DNA from: Thermoproteales archaeon
GTDB lineage: Archaea > Thermoproteota > Thermoprotei > Thermofilales > Thermofilaceae
NCBI GenBank assembly: GCA_021163245.1
Contig: JAGGXB010000005.1
Span: 5,713 to 29,712, forward strand
Direction of reading: 5' to 3'
Length of the DNA: 24,000 bases
In this document: in pieces, positions 7,557 to 15,179 of the stretch
How positions within the stretch are numbered: position 1 is the first letter of the stretch
Layout: each line of letters begins with the position of its first letter
Notes under the pieces: model-generated
Databases searched by the model: none
What the model saw: only the letters and a program-made list of their open reading frames with translations
Told to the model about the DNA's origin: nothing
Position numbers and translations under genes: made by a program

Positions 7557-8087
7557 TTGATGGTGATAGCTATTTTTGCTAATAATACGAAAAATTTTAT
7601 AATTCGTGAATTTACATCTGAAGATTTGGACACTGTTATATGGATAAATAGAACTGTATTACCAGAGAACTATCCAAGTTTTTTCTTTAAAATGCATCAT
7701 GAAAGATATCCTAAGGCTTTTCTCGTAGCTGTTATAAATGATAAAATTGTTGGATATGTTATGTGTCGAGTAGAGAAAGGAAGATTATATATAAAGAAAG
7801 ATGAAGAGGGTCTTTTAGGACATGTAATATCTCTTGCAGTAATAAATGAGGTAAGAAGACAAGGAATAGGTAAAAGTCTAATGATTAATGCCATGAATAA
7901 TTTATATAAATACTACAATGTTGATGAGTATTATCTTGAAGTCAGGATTTCAAATAATCCAGCCATAGCACTTTATAAGAAACTAGGTTTTCAAATTATA
8001 AAAACTATTAAAGGTTATTATTTAGATGGTGAAGATGCCTATGTTATGGCTCGAACTGCTCCCTACTTAGAAACGGAAGATAATTGA
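7557..8087 (+). CDS. GNAT-family N-acetyltransferase (RimI/Ard1-like protein N-terminal acetyltransferase)
   Basis: 176 aa. The acetyl-CoA binding motif is RRQGIGKSLM. Other matches are LEVRISNNPAIALYKKLGF and GYYLDGEDAYVMA. The listed start is TTG 7557; an ATG follows at 7560. Confidence 0.85.
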   Translation: MMVIAIFANNTKNFIIREFTSEDLDTVIWINRTVLPENYPSFFFKMHHERYPKAFLVAVINDKIVGYVMCRVEKGRLYIKKDEEGLLGHVISLAVINEVRRQGIGKSLMINAMNNLYKYYNVDEYYLEVRISNNPAIALYKKLGFQIIKTIKGYYLDGEDAYVMARTAPYLETEDN

Positions 8088-9004
8088 ATCCTAACATCTT
8101 TTACAAGATTTTTTGCTATCTCAAGCTTTTTGAATATAGTTATCGCCGAGACTGTAAAAACTCTATTGAGATCCTTATTAATCCATATTACTCCATAAAT
8201 AATAGGTGACTTAGAAGGAATGAAACTGAGGTTTTTCTTGAAGAATTCAACTTCGTCTTGTTTTTTCTCATATTTTATTCGTCCAAACTTCTCAATTTTA
8301 TCAATCGCATTTTTCTTCACACCTTTCTTAAACCAATCTATTAATCCATTCTTATATTTTGACAGGATCTGCTTAGCTAAACCACTATATCCAATAATAA
8401 GATAAATATCTTCGTCTGGATCTTTATATACAACATATGATAATCCTACAGCTAGCCTAACAGAAATTAAAACAAAGGATGCTGGAAGTCTTATTGATGC
8501 TGCAAATAGAGACCATAAAATTTTATATCCTTCCGGGTAATGACATTTAATACTCTTTATTATATATGACAAAACTTCTCTCGATTCTCTTTCTTCATTT
8601 AACTTAAAGGTCATATTTAGAATAAAAGCTCTTTCACTCTTTTCACAATACCACACAACTATATTATTTAAACTATCTTCTATTCTATTTACCCAAAGTA
8701 TTGCTGGATGACCATAAATTTCTATTTCTTTTTTCAAAATATTTTTAATTTCTGGAACCTTCATACCCTTTTTTCTTGCCTTTTTAAGATTTTTCTCTAA
8801 ATTTTCTTTATGTTTCTCCAATAATTTCTCTGGAGTTAATGCCTTTTCAAAAGGCACATATTCCCAAGTAAGCTCAAGGCGTGGTTGTAACTTATCATCA
8901 AGTCTAAAATATCCCTTATTTCTTCCACCGCCATCAACGGCAAGAAACCAATTGTCAGGCACCTCTAATTCAACATTACGCCATCCGAACAATACATACC
9001 TCAT
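8063..9004 (-). CDS. Hypothetical protein with a central hydrophobic hairpin
   Basis: 313-aa ORF with an ATG start. I recognise no family. One long hydrophobic stretch reads ILWSLFAASIRLPASFVLISVRLAVGLSYVVY. Its 3' end overlaps the convergent GNAT gene by 25 nt. Confidence 0.55.
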   Translation of the reverse strand: MRYVLFGWRNVELEVPDNWFLAVDGGGRNKGYFRLDDKLQPRLELTWEYVPFEKALTPEKLLEKHKENLEKNLKKARKKGMKVPEIKNILKKEIEIYGHPAILWVNRIEDSLNNIVVWYCEKSERAFILNMTFKLNEERESREVLSYIIKSIKCHYPEGYKILWSLFAASIRLPASFVLISVRLAVGLSYVVYKDPDEDIYLIIGYSGLAKQILSKYKNGLIDWFKKGVKKNAIDKIEKFGRIKYEKKQDEVEFFKKNLSFIPSKSPIIYGVIWINKDLNRVFTVSAITIFKKLEIAKNLVKDVRIQLSSVSK

Positions 9005-9140
9005 AGTTCAAACCATTCAAAACTACAATACTTAATTAACGTTACATAGATTAAAAACATATTTTTTTCTGTAGACATAATGATTAAAACTAGGAAAATA
9101 ATATAAATGGCTTATAATAAAGCATTTGTAGGTGGTTATT

Positions 9141-9296
9141 ATGCCAATAAGAGACCCATTTAAATTACAACTAGCATTAGAACAAAACTTTAAAGTAAAA
9201 ATCTGCAGAACATGTGGCGCACGAAACCCATGGTCAGCAGAACGCTGTAGACGATGCAAAAGCCGTAATTTAAGACCGAAAAGATATAGAAAGTAA
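9141..9296 (+). CDS. rpl40e: 50S ribosomal protein L40e
   Basis: Manual translation gives [51 protein letters not shown] (51 aa). It has a C4 zinc ribbon and an N-terminus matching Sulfolobus L40e (MPLTDPVKLQ...CRxCGA...CRRC...LR). A GGTGG motif lies 6 nt upstream of the ATG. It is below the ORF-track size cutoff, and the listed antisense ORF 9032..9259 is its shadow. Confidence 0.85.
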
Positions 9297-9368
9297 GAAT
9301 AAATTCCTAATTAGTTTTTATATTTTAACCCAATAGTTATTTCAATAAAACCTAGTTTATTATTGTAA

Positions 9369-9953
9369 TTACTTAATGTTCTCTTTTGCATATAAATATA
9401 TTCCATCTAAAATGCCTGGACCCCCCTCACGACCATGTGGGCTTAACCTTCTTTTACCTCTCAGTTTTGCTGCTAGATGAATATTTGCTGCAGTCTGACC
9501 TACAGCATCGATATTTATACCTTCTATAATTACATCGTCTTTCTGAACTTTTACCTTTACTCCTGGCAATATTTTTGCATATTTCTTGTCTCGACTACCT
9601 AAAAAATTCTCGATAATAACAATGTTATTCTTTTCATCAACTTTGAGCGACATGGGAAAATGTGCATAGACAATCTTCATTTTATATCTATAACCTTTTT
9701 GAACCCCAATAAAAGCATTTTTTAGATGCAATGCCACAGTGTTAACCAGTGATTGTTCTTTTTTCGATGGAAACCAGGACTCAATAATTATTTTATTATC
9801 ATCGCCTTTTTCAATAATTATATTATGTAGATGAGAAAAATCTTTTTCAATTACGCCTAGTGGTCCTTGAATCTTTACTCTCTTTCCATCAATTACAACG
9901 TTAATATCTGAGGGTATCTCTACCTCATTCTTTAGATGTATAGACTTGGGCAT
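9369..9953 (-). CDS. rpl6: 50S ribosomal protein L6 (uL6)
   Basis: 194 aa. Matching blocks: VEIPSDINVVIDGKRVKIQGPLG, GVQKGYRYKMKIVYAHFPMS, IIENFLG, AVGQTAANI and DGIYLY. It matches the archaeal L6 two-domain layout. Confidence 0.9.
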   Translation of the reverse strand: MPKSIHLKNEVEIPSDINVVIDGKRVKIQGPLGVIEKDFSHLHNIIIEKGDDNKIIIESWFPSKKEQSLVNTVALHLKNAFIGVQKGYRYKMKIVYAHFPMSLKVDEKNNIVIIENFLGSRDKKYAKILPGVKVKVQKDDVIIEGINIDAVGQTAANIHLAAKLRGKRRLSPHGREGGPGILDGIYLYAKENIK

Positions 9954-10055
9954 AATCTAACACCTGTCAACCTTTTATCGTACATATATATATTTTTTCG
10001 TTTATCATAAACTAGCATCAAGTTTTTATTAATTTGTCTATAATTGAATATTGGT

Positions 10056-10147
10056 GCCGGGGTGCCCGAGTGGTCCAAGGGGACCGGCTGCAGTGGAAAG
10101 ACAGAAACCGGTTATTAGCCCGGGTTCAAATCCCGGCCCCGGCTCCA
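10056..10147 (+). tRNA. tRNA-Cys(GCA), intron-containing, with genomically encoded CCA
   Basis: Manual cloverleaf:
- Acceptor stem: GCCGGGG paired with CCCCGGC.
- Discriminator: U73, a Cys identity element.
- D-stem: CCC/GGG with a G13-A22 mismatch.
- Anticodon stem: ACCGG/CCGGT (10083-10087 with 10108-10112).
- Anticodon loop: CUGCAG|intron|A, with anticodon GCA at 10090-10092.
- T arm: CCGGG-TTCAAAT-CCCGG.

This is a GC-rich island in an AT-rich intergenic region. Confidence 0.8.
10094..10106 (+). other. 13-nt tRNA intron at the canonical 37/38 position
   Basis: The 20 nt between the anticodon-stem strands equal a 7-nt loop plus 13 nt. Pairs C32-G10104, U33-A10103 and G34-C10102 form the central helix. 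AAA 10105-10107 is the 3' bulge next to the anticodon stem. This is an hBH-type motif with no real inner helix. Confidence 0.6.
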
Positions 10148-10466
10148 TAGATGTATTTCCTCTTAATCTTTTAAGCCAAATCTTTTCTTAAGTGTCAATT
10201 TCATTTTTATTAGAATTTTAAAATAGGCTTTGATCGATAATACTTACGGGTTTACTTAAGCCTTATATCGTCTTCTAGTAATTCCAAAATAAATACTATA
10301 GATGTGAAAACAACATTAGTGGTTTAAAATCTAGACAATTATCTATGCTCTACTTGTCATCTTTTTCTTTATATCATCATATTTTGTAATAGATAATATT
10401 TAATGTGAGTTTAACACTATGGTAGGTGGAATACTGTAAAATTTACTTAGAGGTTGATTACTTAAA

Positions 10467-10940
10467 ATGACATTCAATATAACTGTTCCATATGTCCCAA
10501 CTCCATTTGGAGTAATACGCGATATGTTAAAAATCGCTGATCTAAAGGAAGACGAGATATTAATGGATCTTGGATGTGGAGATGGTAGAGTCCTCGTTAT
10601 TGCAGCTAAAGAATTTAAAGCCTATGCAATAGGTATAGAACTTAGAAAAGATCTTGTTGATAAAGCTATCAATAATATAAAGAGGAATAAAGTAGAGGAA
10701 AAAGTATTTATAATAAATGGTAGTTTCTTCGAAATCTCCCTTTCTCCAGCAAACGTGATTTTTCTTTATCTTCTAACATCAGTAAATGAAAAATTAAAAC
10801 CCAAAATTAAAGCCGAAGTAGATAAAGGAACACGAATTGTATCACACGACTTTGAAATCACGGGATGGAAACCATATAAGATAGAAGAAATCCAAGAAAG
10901 TGGTAGAACACATAAAATCTATCTCTATATAAAGGAATAA
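10467..10940 (+). CDS. Class I SAM-dependent methyltransferase
   Basis: 157 aa. Motif I is ILMDLGCGDGRVLVIAA, post-I is IGIEL, and the layout is Rossmann-like. Confidence 0.8.
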   Translation: MTFNITVPYVPTPFGVIRDMLKIADLKEDEILMDLGCGDGRVLVIAAKEFKAYAIGIELRKDLVDKAINNIKRNKVEEKVFIINGSFFEISLSPANVIFLYLLTSVNEKLKPKIKAEVDKGTRIVSHDFEITGWKPYKIEEIQESGRTHKIYLYIKE

Positions 10941-11016
10941 AGACATCTTATTATCTCTTCCAAAACAACGAATTATTTTATATTTTATTGTATATATTCA
11001 GCTAGGGTGTACATTA

Positions 11017-12015
11017 ATGATTTCAAGAGATCAATTACTGAAAAATCCTATCGAAGATATTTATCTTGAAGATCTTCTAGAAATTAAAAATTTTTCTAAG
11101 TTAATCGACATATATAGGAAGATGGGAGGATTCAGCGTCGATTTTCTTGTAAACGCTTCTGAAATACTAATAAAAATGCTAGAAGATAATAAATGTAAGA
11201 TATTTTTAGGATTCACAGCGAATCTCATAGCAACCGGTCTCAGGGGACTTATATCATCTTTGCTACGTTACCATTTAGTAGATGCTATAATAACAACAGG
11301 AGGAACAATAGATCACGATATAGCAAGAGCTCTTGGAGGAAAATATTATAAAGGAAAATTTCAGTATGATGACAAAATGTTGAAATCTCTCGAAATACAT
11401 CGTTTAGGAAATATACTGGTACCCGTAGAAAATTACGGTCCTATAATTGAGAGATTTACACATGAAACTCTTGAAACTATAATTCAAACTACGAGAAAAC
11501 TATCTCCAAGTGAACTTTTAAGAGAAATAGGTAAAAGAATTCCTGATAAAAATTCTATTCTATATCAAGCTGCAATCAACGATATTCCAATATTTTCTCC
11601 AGGTATAGTTGATTCTGCTTTTGGTACTGCTTTATTTACATATAATGAACATATACGAGCTGTATCAAACAGCTTAAAAAATTTTGAACTAGATATAATT
11701 AAAGACCTGAAAAAAATTTCAGACATAGTGTTTGATTCAAAAAAAATGGGTGCTATAATTCTAGGAGGGGGAATATCTAAACATCATATTATCTGGTGGA
11801 GTCAATTTAAAGGTGGACTAGACTATGCAATTTATATCACTACAGCAGTAGAATGGGATGGTAGCCTTAGCGGTGCAAAAACCAGAGAGGCTATAAGCTG
11901 GGGAAAATTAAAACCTGAGGCAGAACATGTAAATTTACCAGGCGACGCAACTATTCTATTCCCGCTTCTCATAGGTATCTCTGCTCAAAAAATAATACAG
12001 ATAAAAAGAAGGTGA
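11017..12015 (+). CDS. dys: Deoxyhypusine synthase
   Basis: 332 aa. Motifs: TTGGTIDHD, ILGGGISKHH and the catalytic-lysine motif EAISWGK. GGTG lies 7 nt upstream of the ATG. Confidence 0.92.
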   Translation: MISRDQLLKNPIEDIYLEDLLEIKNFSKLIDIYRKMGGFSVDFLVNASEILIKMLEDNKCKIFLGFTANLIATGLRGLISSLLRYHLVDAIITTGGTIDHDIARALGGKYYKGKFQYDDKMLKSLEIHRLGNILVPVENYGPIIERFTHETLETIIQTTRKLSPSELLREIGKRIPDKNSILYQAAINDIPIFSPGIVDSAFGTALFTYNEHIRAVSNSLKNFELDIIKDLKKISDIVFDSKKMGAIILGGGISKHHIIWWSQFKGGLDYAIYITTAVEWDGSLSGAKTREAISWGKLKPEAEHVNLPGDATILFPLLIGISAQKIIQIKRR

Positions 12016-12019
12016 TGTT

Positions 12020-13039
12020 ATGGAATACCTCGATCTTTATAGTTATCTAATACTTCTAACAGTGTCTACTTTAGTAACATATCTAATAACTCCAAAAATA
12101 ATAAACTTTCTAAGAAAGAGGAAAATTGTAAGACCGGATGTTCATAAACCTAACAAGCCCTCTGTTCCACATGGGGGTGGTATTGCTTTATTTATAGGGT
12201 TTACAATAACATTTATTCTATCTTTAATATTATTTCCCCATTACGCTGTCGAGCTAACAATTTTTTATGGTGTTGTAGCGATTAGTTTTTTAGTAGGATT
12301 AATAGATGACATAAAAATTCTAGGAGGTCAAACTAAAACATTTTTCTCAGCTATATCTATAATTCCTATAATCATAGGTTATTTAGCATATCCCACACGT
12401 ATTTCTCTAGGTCATCCAAGAGCACCCATCATTGGAAAAATAAGATTAACAATAATTTATTGGCTTTTACTACCATTTGCAATAGCTGGACCAGCCAATG
12501 CTGTTAATATGTTAGACATAATGAATGGAATAATGCCCTTTACAACTTTATTAGCATCTATAGGGCTTCTCGTATCTTCTCTTATTTTAAAAACCCAACT
12601 AGGAATAATTCTCAGTATCTTTATTATTGGATGTTTATTAGGATATTATCCATATAATAGATATCCTTCAAAAATCTTTAACGGGGACAGCGGAAGTCTT
12701 ATGATTGGTGCGGCCTTAGGAGCATTAGCTGTTCTAACTAGACAAGAAATTGTTTTATTAGTCGCGTTACTTGTTCATCTTCTCAACGCATTTCTTGTTT
12801 TCTCCTCAATAAAAGGATTTAAAGAACATAGAACAATTAGAGAACGCCCTCTCAAAGTACTCAATAAAGGAATATTAGTAGCAAACCTCAGCACCACAGC
12901 TCCCTTATCCTTAACCAGACTTTTACTTTTAGTGGGAGGACAAGCCACCGAAAAAGACATAATAAAAATATATGAAATATTACAACTAATTTCCACATCA
13001 TTAGCAATATTAACAGCTATATTAATGGTGATGAAATGA
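12020..13039 (+). CDS. aglH: Glycosyltransferase family 4: polyprenyl-phosphate HexNAc-1-phosphate transferase (AglH/MraY-WecA superfamily)
   Basis: 339 aa and polytopic. Motifs: DDIK, NAVNMLDIMNG and FNGDSGSLMIG. The gap to dys is 4 nt. Confidence 0.8.
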   Translation: MEYLDLYSYLILLTVSTLVTYLITPKIINFLRKRKIVRPDVHKPNKPSVPHGGGIALFIGFTITFILSLILFPHYAVELTIFYGVVAISFLVGLIDDIKILGGQTKTFFSAISIIPIIIGYLAYPTRISLGHPRAPIIGKIRLTIIYWLLLPFAIAGPANAVNMLDIMNGIMPFTTLLASIGLLVSSLILKTQLGIILSIFIIGCLLGYYPYNRYPSKIFNGDSGSLMIGAALGALAVLTRQEIVLLVALLVHLLNAFLVFSSIKGFKEHRTIRERPLKVLNKGILVANLSTTAPLSLTRLLLLVGGQATEKDIIKIYEILQLISTSLAILTAILMVMK

Positions 13040-13272
13040 ACAAAAAGAAAACCATATTATATATCGGTTCCTTAGTCATAGGAATATGGTTTTCTCTGAT
13101 TCTAATACTGATAATCGTAGAAAAAATAGTATTGAATATTGGAAATAGTTTAATTAGAAGTCTAATCGGCATCTCACTTTACTTTTTATGGCTTCTTTTC
13201 GGTTATATTATCTTAAGAAAAATTTCTCTTTATCTTATCAGTAAAAATAGATCCATATCTTTTCCACAATAA
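13036..13272 (+). CDS. Small membrane protein (2-3 TM), hypothetical
   Basis: 78-aa ORF with an ATGA overlap on the aglH-like gene and strongly hydrophobic segments. Its last 60 nt overlap the convergent PPAT gene, so the gene or its true end is uncertain. Confidence 0.4.
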   Translation: MNKKKTILYIGSLVIGIWFSLILILIIVEKIVLNIGNSLIRSLIGISLYFLWLLFGYIILRKISLYLISKNRSISFPQ

Positions 13273-13704
13273 CGTTGATGATATCTTCTTACCTTTTTCA
13301 TCTGTAAGTAATTTAACCTTTATTACATTTAGAGGTCTTAACCCTCTATTTATTCTGATAGAATTTATCTCTAAAGCCCTAGCATAAGTTTCCTCGGAAA
13401 CAATGATACAATCTAGCTCACCATCCCATATTGTAGGCCCATATGGATCATCTAAAGGAAATATAGTTATCTTTTGTCCAGTTTTAATCTCTTTTAAACA
13501 AAAATTTAAGACTTTTAAAGCTCTTACTTCATAAGGCTCTATTGGATGTTTTTTATCTAGTTTTCTTGCAAATTCATCACTAGAAATACCTATAATAAGT
13601 TCTTCTGAAATTTTCAAAGCCTCTTTTAAAAAAAATTTATGTCCAATATGTAAAAAAGAAAAAGTACCTCCAAGCGCAGATTTTTTACATTTTTTATTCA
13701 ACAT
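13213..13704 (-). CDS. coaD: Phosphopantetheine adenylyltransferase, archaeal type (cytidylyltransferase superfamily)
   Basis: 163 aa. It carries the nucleotidyltransferase signature GGTFSFLHIGHKFFL and a C-terminal ISST motif. It overlaps the upstream hsp20 stop by 11 nt. Confidence 0.8.
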   Translation of the reverse strand: MLNKKCKKSALGGTFSFLHIGHKFFLKEALKISEELIIGISSDEFARKLDKKHPIEPYEVRALKVLNFCLKEIKTGQKITIFPLDDPYGPTIWDGELDCIIVSEETYARALEINSIRINRGLRPLNVIKVKLLTDEKGKKISSTLLWKRYGSIFTDKIKRNFS

Positions 13705-14146
13705 TAACCTCTACTTCTCGAGCCGCTTCACTCTTAGGTATATGTATCTCAAGAACTCCGTTCTCTAATTTAGCCCTAGCTTGTTCAGGTCTAACTTTCA
13801 CGGGAAGCAATATTCTTTTGTAAAATCCTTCATAAAATCTTTGTCTAGTGAAATACTTTCTTTCTTTCTCTACATTTTTCCTTTCAATAGATTTCTCAGC
13901 CCTTACTTCTACACTATCCTCAGTTACCTTTATTTTAATCTCATTTTTTGAAAAACCAGGCAAATCCATATATATGACGACTTCATCACTTCTATCCTCT
14001 ATATCAACTAGAGGTTCAAACATTCCAAGTGATACAGTATATTTAGAGAATTTATCCCAAAACTCTCTAAAAGTTTTCTCCATCTCTTTTTGAAAATTAG
14101 CTATACTTTGCAGAATTTCTTGAGTAACCTCTTCCATAAAACTCAC
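13694..14146 (-). CDS. Small heat shock protein, Hsp20/alpha-crystallin family (paralog 2)
   Basis: 150 aa. The domain reads EVVIYMDLPGFSKNEIKIKVTEDSVEVRAEK...ARAKLENGVLEIHIPK. Confidence 0.9.
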   Translation of the reverse strand: MSFMEEVTQEILQSIANFQKEMEKTFREFWDKFSKYTVSLGMFEPLVDIEDRSDEVVIYMDLPGFSKNEIKIKVTEDSVEVRAEKSIERKNVEKERKYFTRQRFYEGFYKRILLPVKVRPEQARAKLENGVLEIHIPKSEAAREVEVNVE

Positions 14147-14335
14147 CCCTTACATATTATTTTACCCAAGCCTTATACTTATTTTTGTTCATATAAAAAC
14201 AAAATAAACAATATATTGTCTTGAATATTAACTTCTTTAAACCTTCATTATAACATATATAGAATTAGGAACATGATAAAACTTATTTCAAACATCACAT
14301 ATTTACACTTGAAAAAAATTGAAAGGTGTCGTTTG

Positions 14336-14905
14336 TTGATTGAGGTTCGTTGGCATGGTAGAGGCGGTCAAGGAGTAGTGACATCAAGCGAACTCTTAGC
14401 TCTTGCAGCTATCTATGAAGGAAAATATGTTTATCATGCACCCGAATTTGGACCTGAACGAAGAGGAGCTCCGGTTAGAGCCTACACTAGAATAGATAAC
14501 GAGCCTATAGAACAACATTTTGGTATATATGAGCCAGATATTGTTGTAGTAATAGATCCAACACTTCAAACCGAAGTAGATTATATATTATCAGGCTTGA
14601 AGAAAAACGGAATGCTAATTCTCAATGCAGATGAACCATATGAGAAAGTTATAGAGAAAGCTAAAATGAACGATATTAGAGTCTGGTATGTAAATGCATA
14701 TGATATTGCTATGGATATTTTTGGGAGACCATTTTATAATACGCCTATGTTGGGTGCACTAGTGAAGGCAAGCAACATAGTTAATCTAGAAAGTGTAAAT
14801 AGAGCAATCGAGGAAAAATTTAAGGGAAGAGGAAAAGAAATTATACAAAAAAATATTCAAGCTGTTGAATTAGCAAATAAAGAGGTGAAACAATACGAGT
14901 CCTAA
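14336..14905 (+). CDS. porC: 2-oxoacid (pyruvate/2-ketoisovalerate):ferredoxin oxidoreductase, gamma subunit
   Basis: (L)IEVRWHGRGGQGVVTSSELLALAA is the typical N-terminus of this subunit. GGTG at 14325-14328 lies 7 nt before the TTG at 14336. The ORF-track start 14273 adds 21 non-homologous residues and is probably wrong (TTG 14333 is also possible). Confidence 0.88.
   Translation: MIEVRWHGRGGQGVVTSSELLALAAIYEGKYVYHAPEFGPERRGAPVRAYTRIDNEPIEQHFGIYEPDIVVVIDPTLQTEVDYILSGLKKNGMLILNADEPYEKVIEKAKMNDIRVWYVNAYDIAMDIFGRPFYNTPMLGALVKASNIVNLESVNRAIEEKFKGRGKEIIQKNIQAVELANKEVKQYES
14884..14888 (+). promoter_or_regulatory. Shine-Dalgarno-like GGTGA preceding the delta-subunit reading frame
   Basis: The same GGTG core lies 7-8 nt upstream of the gamma, alpha and beta starts in this operon, and 5-7 nt upstream of the dys, aglH-like and rpl40e starts. 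Confidence 0.45.
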
Positions 14906-15179
14906 ATGGAATACTTGGAAAGAGCTACCTATAGGAAATATAATAACTGAGCCAGCAACTTCATTAGAATTTAAAACTGGAAACTGGAGAGCACTTAGAC
15001 CAATTCTTCATGAGGATAAATGCATTAGATGTCTTCTATGTTGGATACATTGTCCAGAACCTGCTATTGAAAGATTAGAAGATGATATGGTTCGTATAGA
15101 TTATGATTACTGTAAAGGATGTGGTATTTGTTCAAACGTATGTCCTGTAAAAGCAATAGAAATGGTGAGAGAAGAATGA
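14895..15179 (+). CDS. porD: 2-oxoacid:ferredoxin oxidoreductase, delta subunit (2x[4Fe-4S] ferredoxin-like); start codon uncertain (ACG?)
   Basis: Manual translation of the third frame gives (T)SPKWNTWKELPIGNIITEPATSLEFKTGNWRALRPILHEDKCIRCLLCWIHCPEPAIERLEDDMVRIDYDYCKGCGICSNVCPVKAIEMVREE. It has two CxxCxxCxxxCP motifs and the WKELPIG...KTGxWR...RP N-terminal block typical of PorD. The frame opens after TGA 14886-14888, and its first canonical start is the ATG of DDMVRIDY, far too late. The stop overlaps the alpha start (ATGA). Confidence 0.75.
   Translation, partial: TSPKWNTWKELPIGNIITEPATSLEFKTGNWRALRPILHEDKCIRCLLCWIHCPEPAIERLEDDMVRIDYDYCKGCGICSNVCPVKAIEMVREE

Noticed and set aside
10056-10147. 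Reading the tRNA as Ser(GGA) (removing 10091-10103 gives loop CUGGAAA) because of its Ser/Leu-like D arm
   Set aside because: There is no long variable arm, and the discriminator is U73 (Cys) rather than G73. That excision would sit at a non-canonical 34/35 position without a better BHB. The canonical 37/38 excision gives Cys(GCA).
10360-10395. Possible C/D-box sRNA: the minus strand carries a perfect C box ATGATGA (complement of about 10374-10380)
   Set aside because: No CTGA D box or terminal pairing lies within the expected 50-70 nt downstream on that strand. An isolated heptamer is expected by chance in AT-rich DNA.
10148-10940. Integrated mobile element at the tRNA-Cys 3' flank
   Set aside because: I found no direct repeat of the tRNA 3' half elsewhere in the window and no integrase. 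The downstream genes (methyltransferase, dys, aglH-like) are housekeeping. Only the unusually long spacer is kept, as a low-interest note.
14889-14909. Gamma-delta fusion by +1 frameshifting at the gamma stop (UCC-UAA-A), by analogy with prfB
   Set aside because: The P-site codon UCC cannot re-pair in the +1 frame (CCU). The GGTG motif and its spacing point to independent initiation instead.
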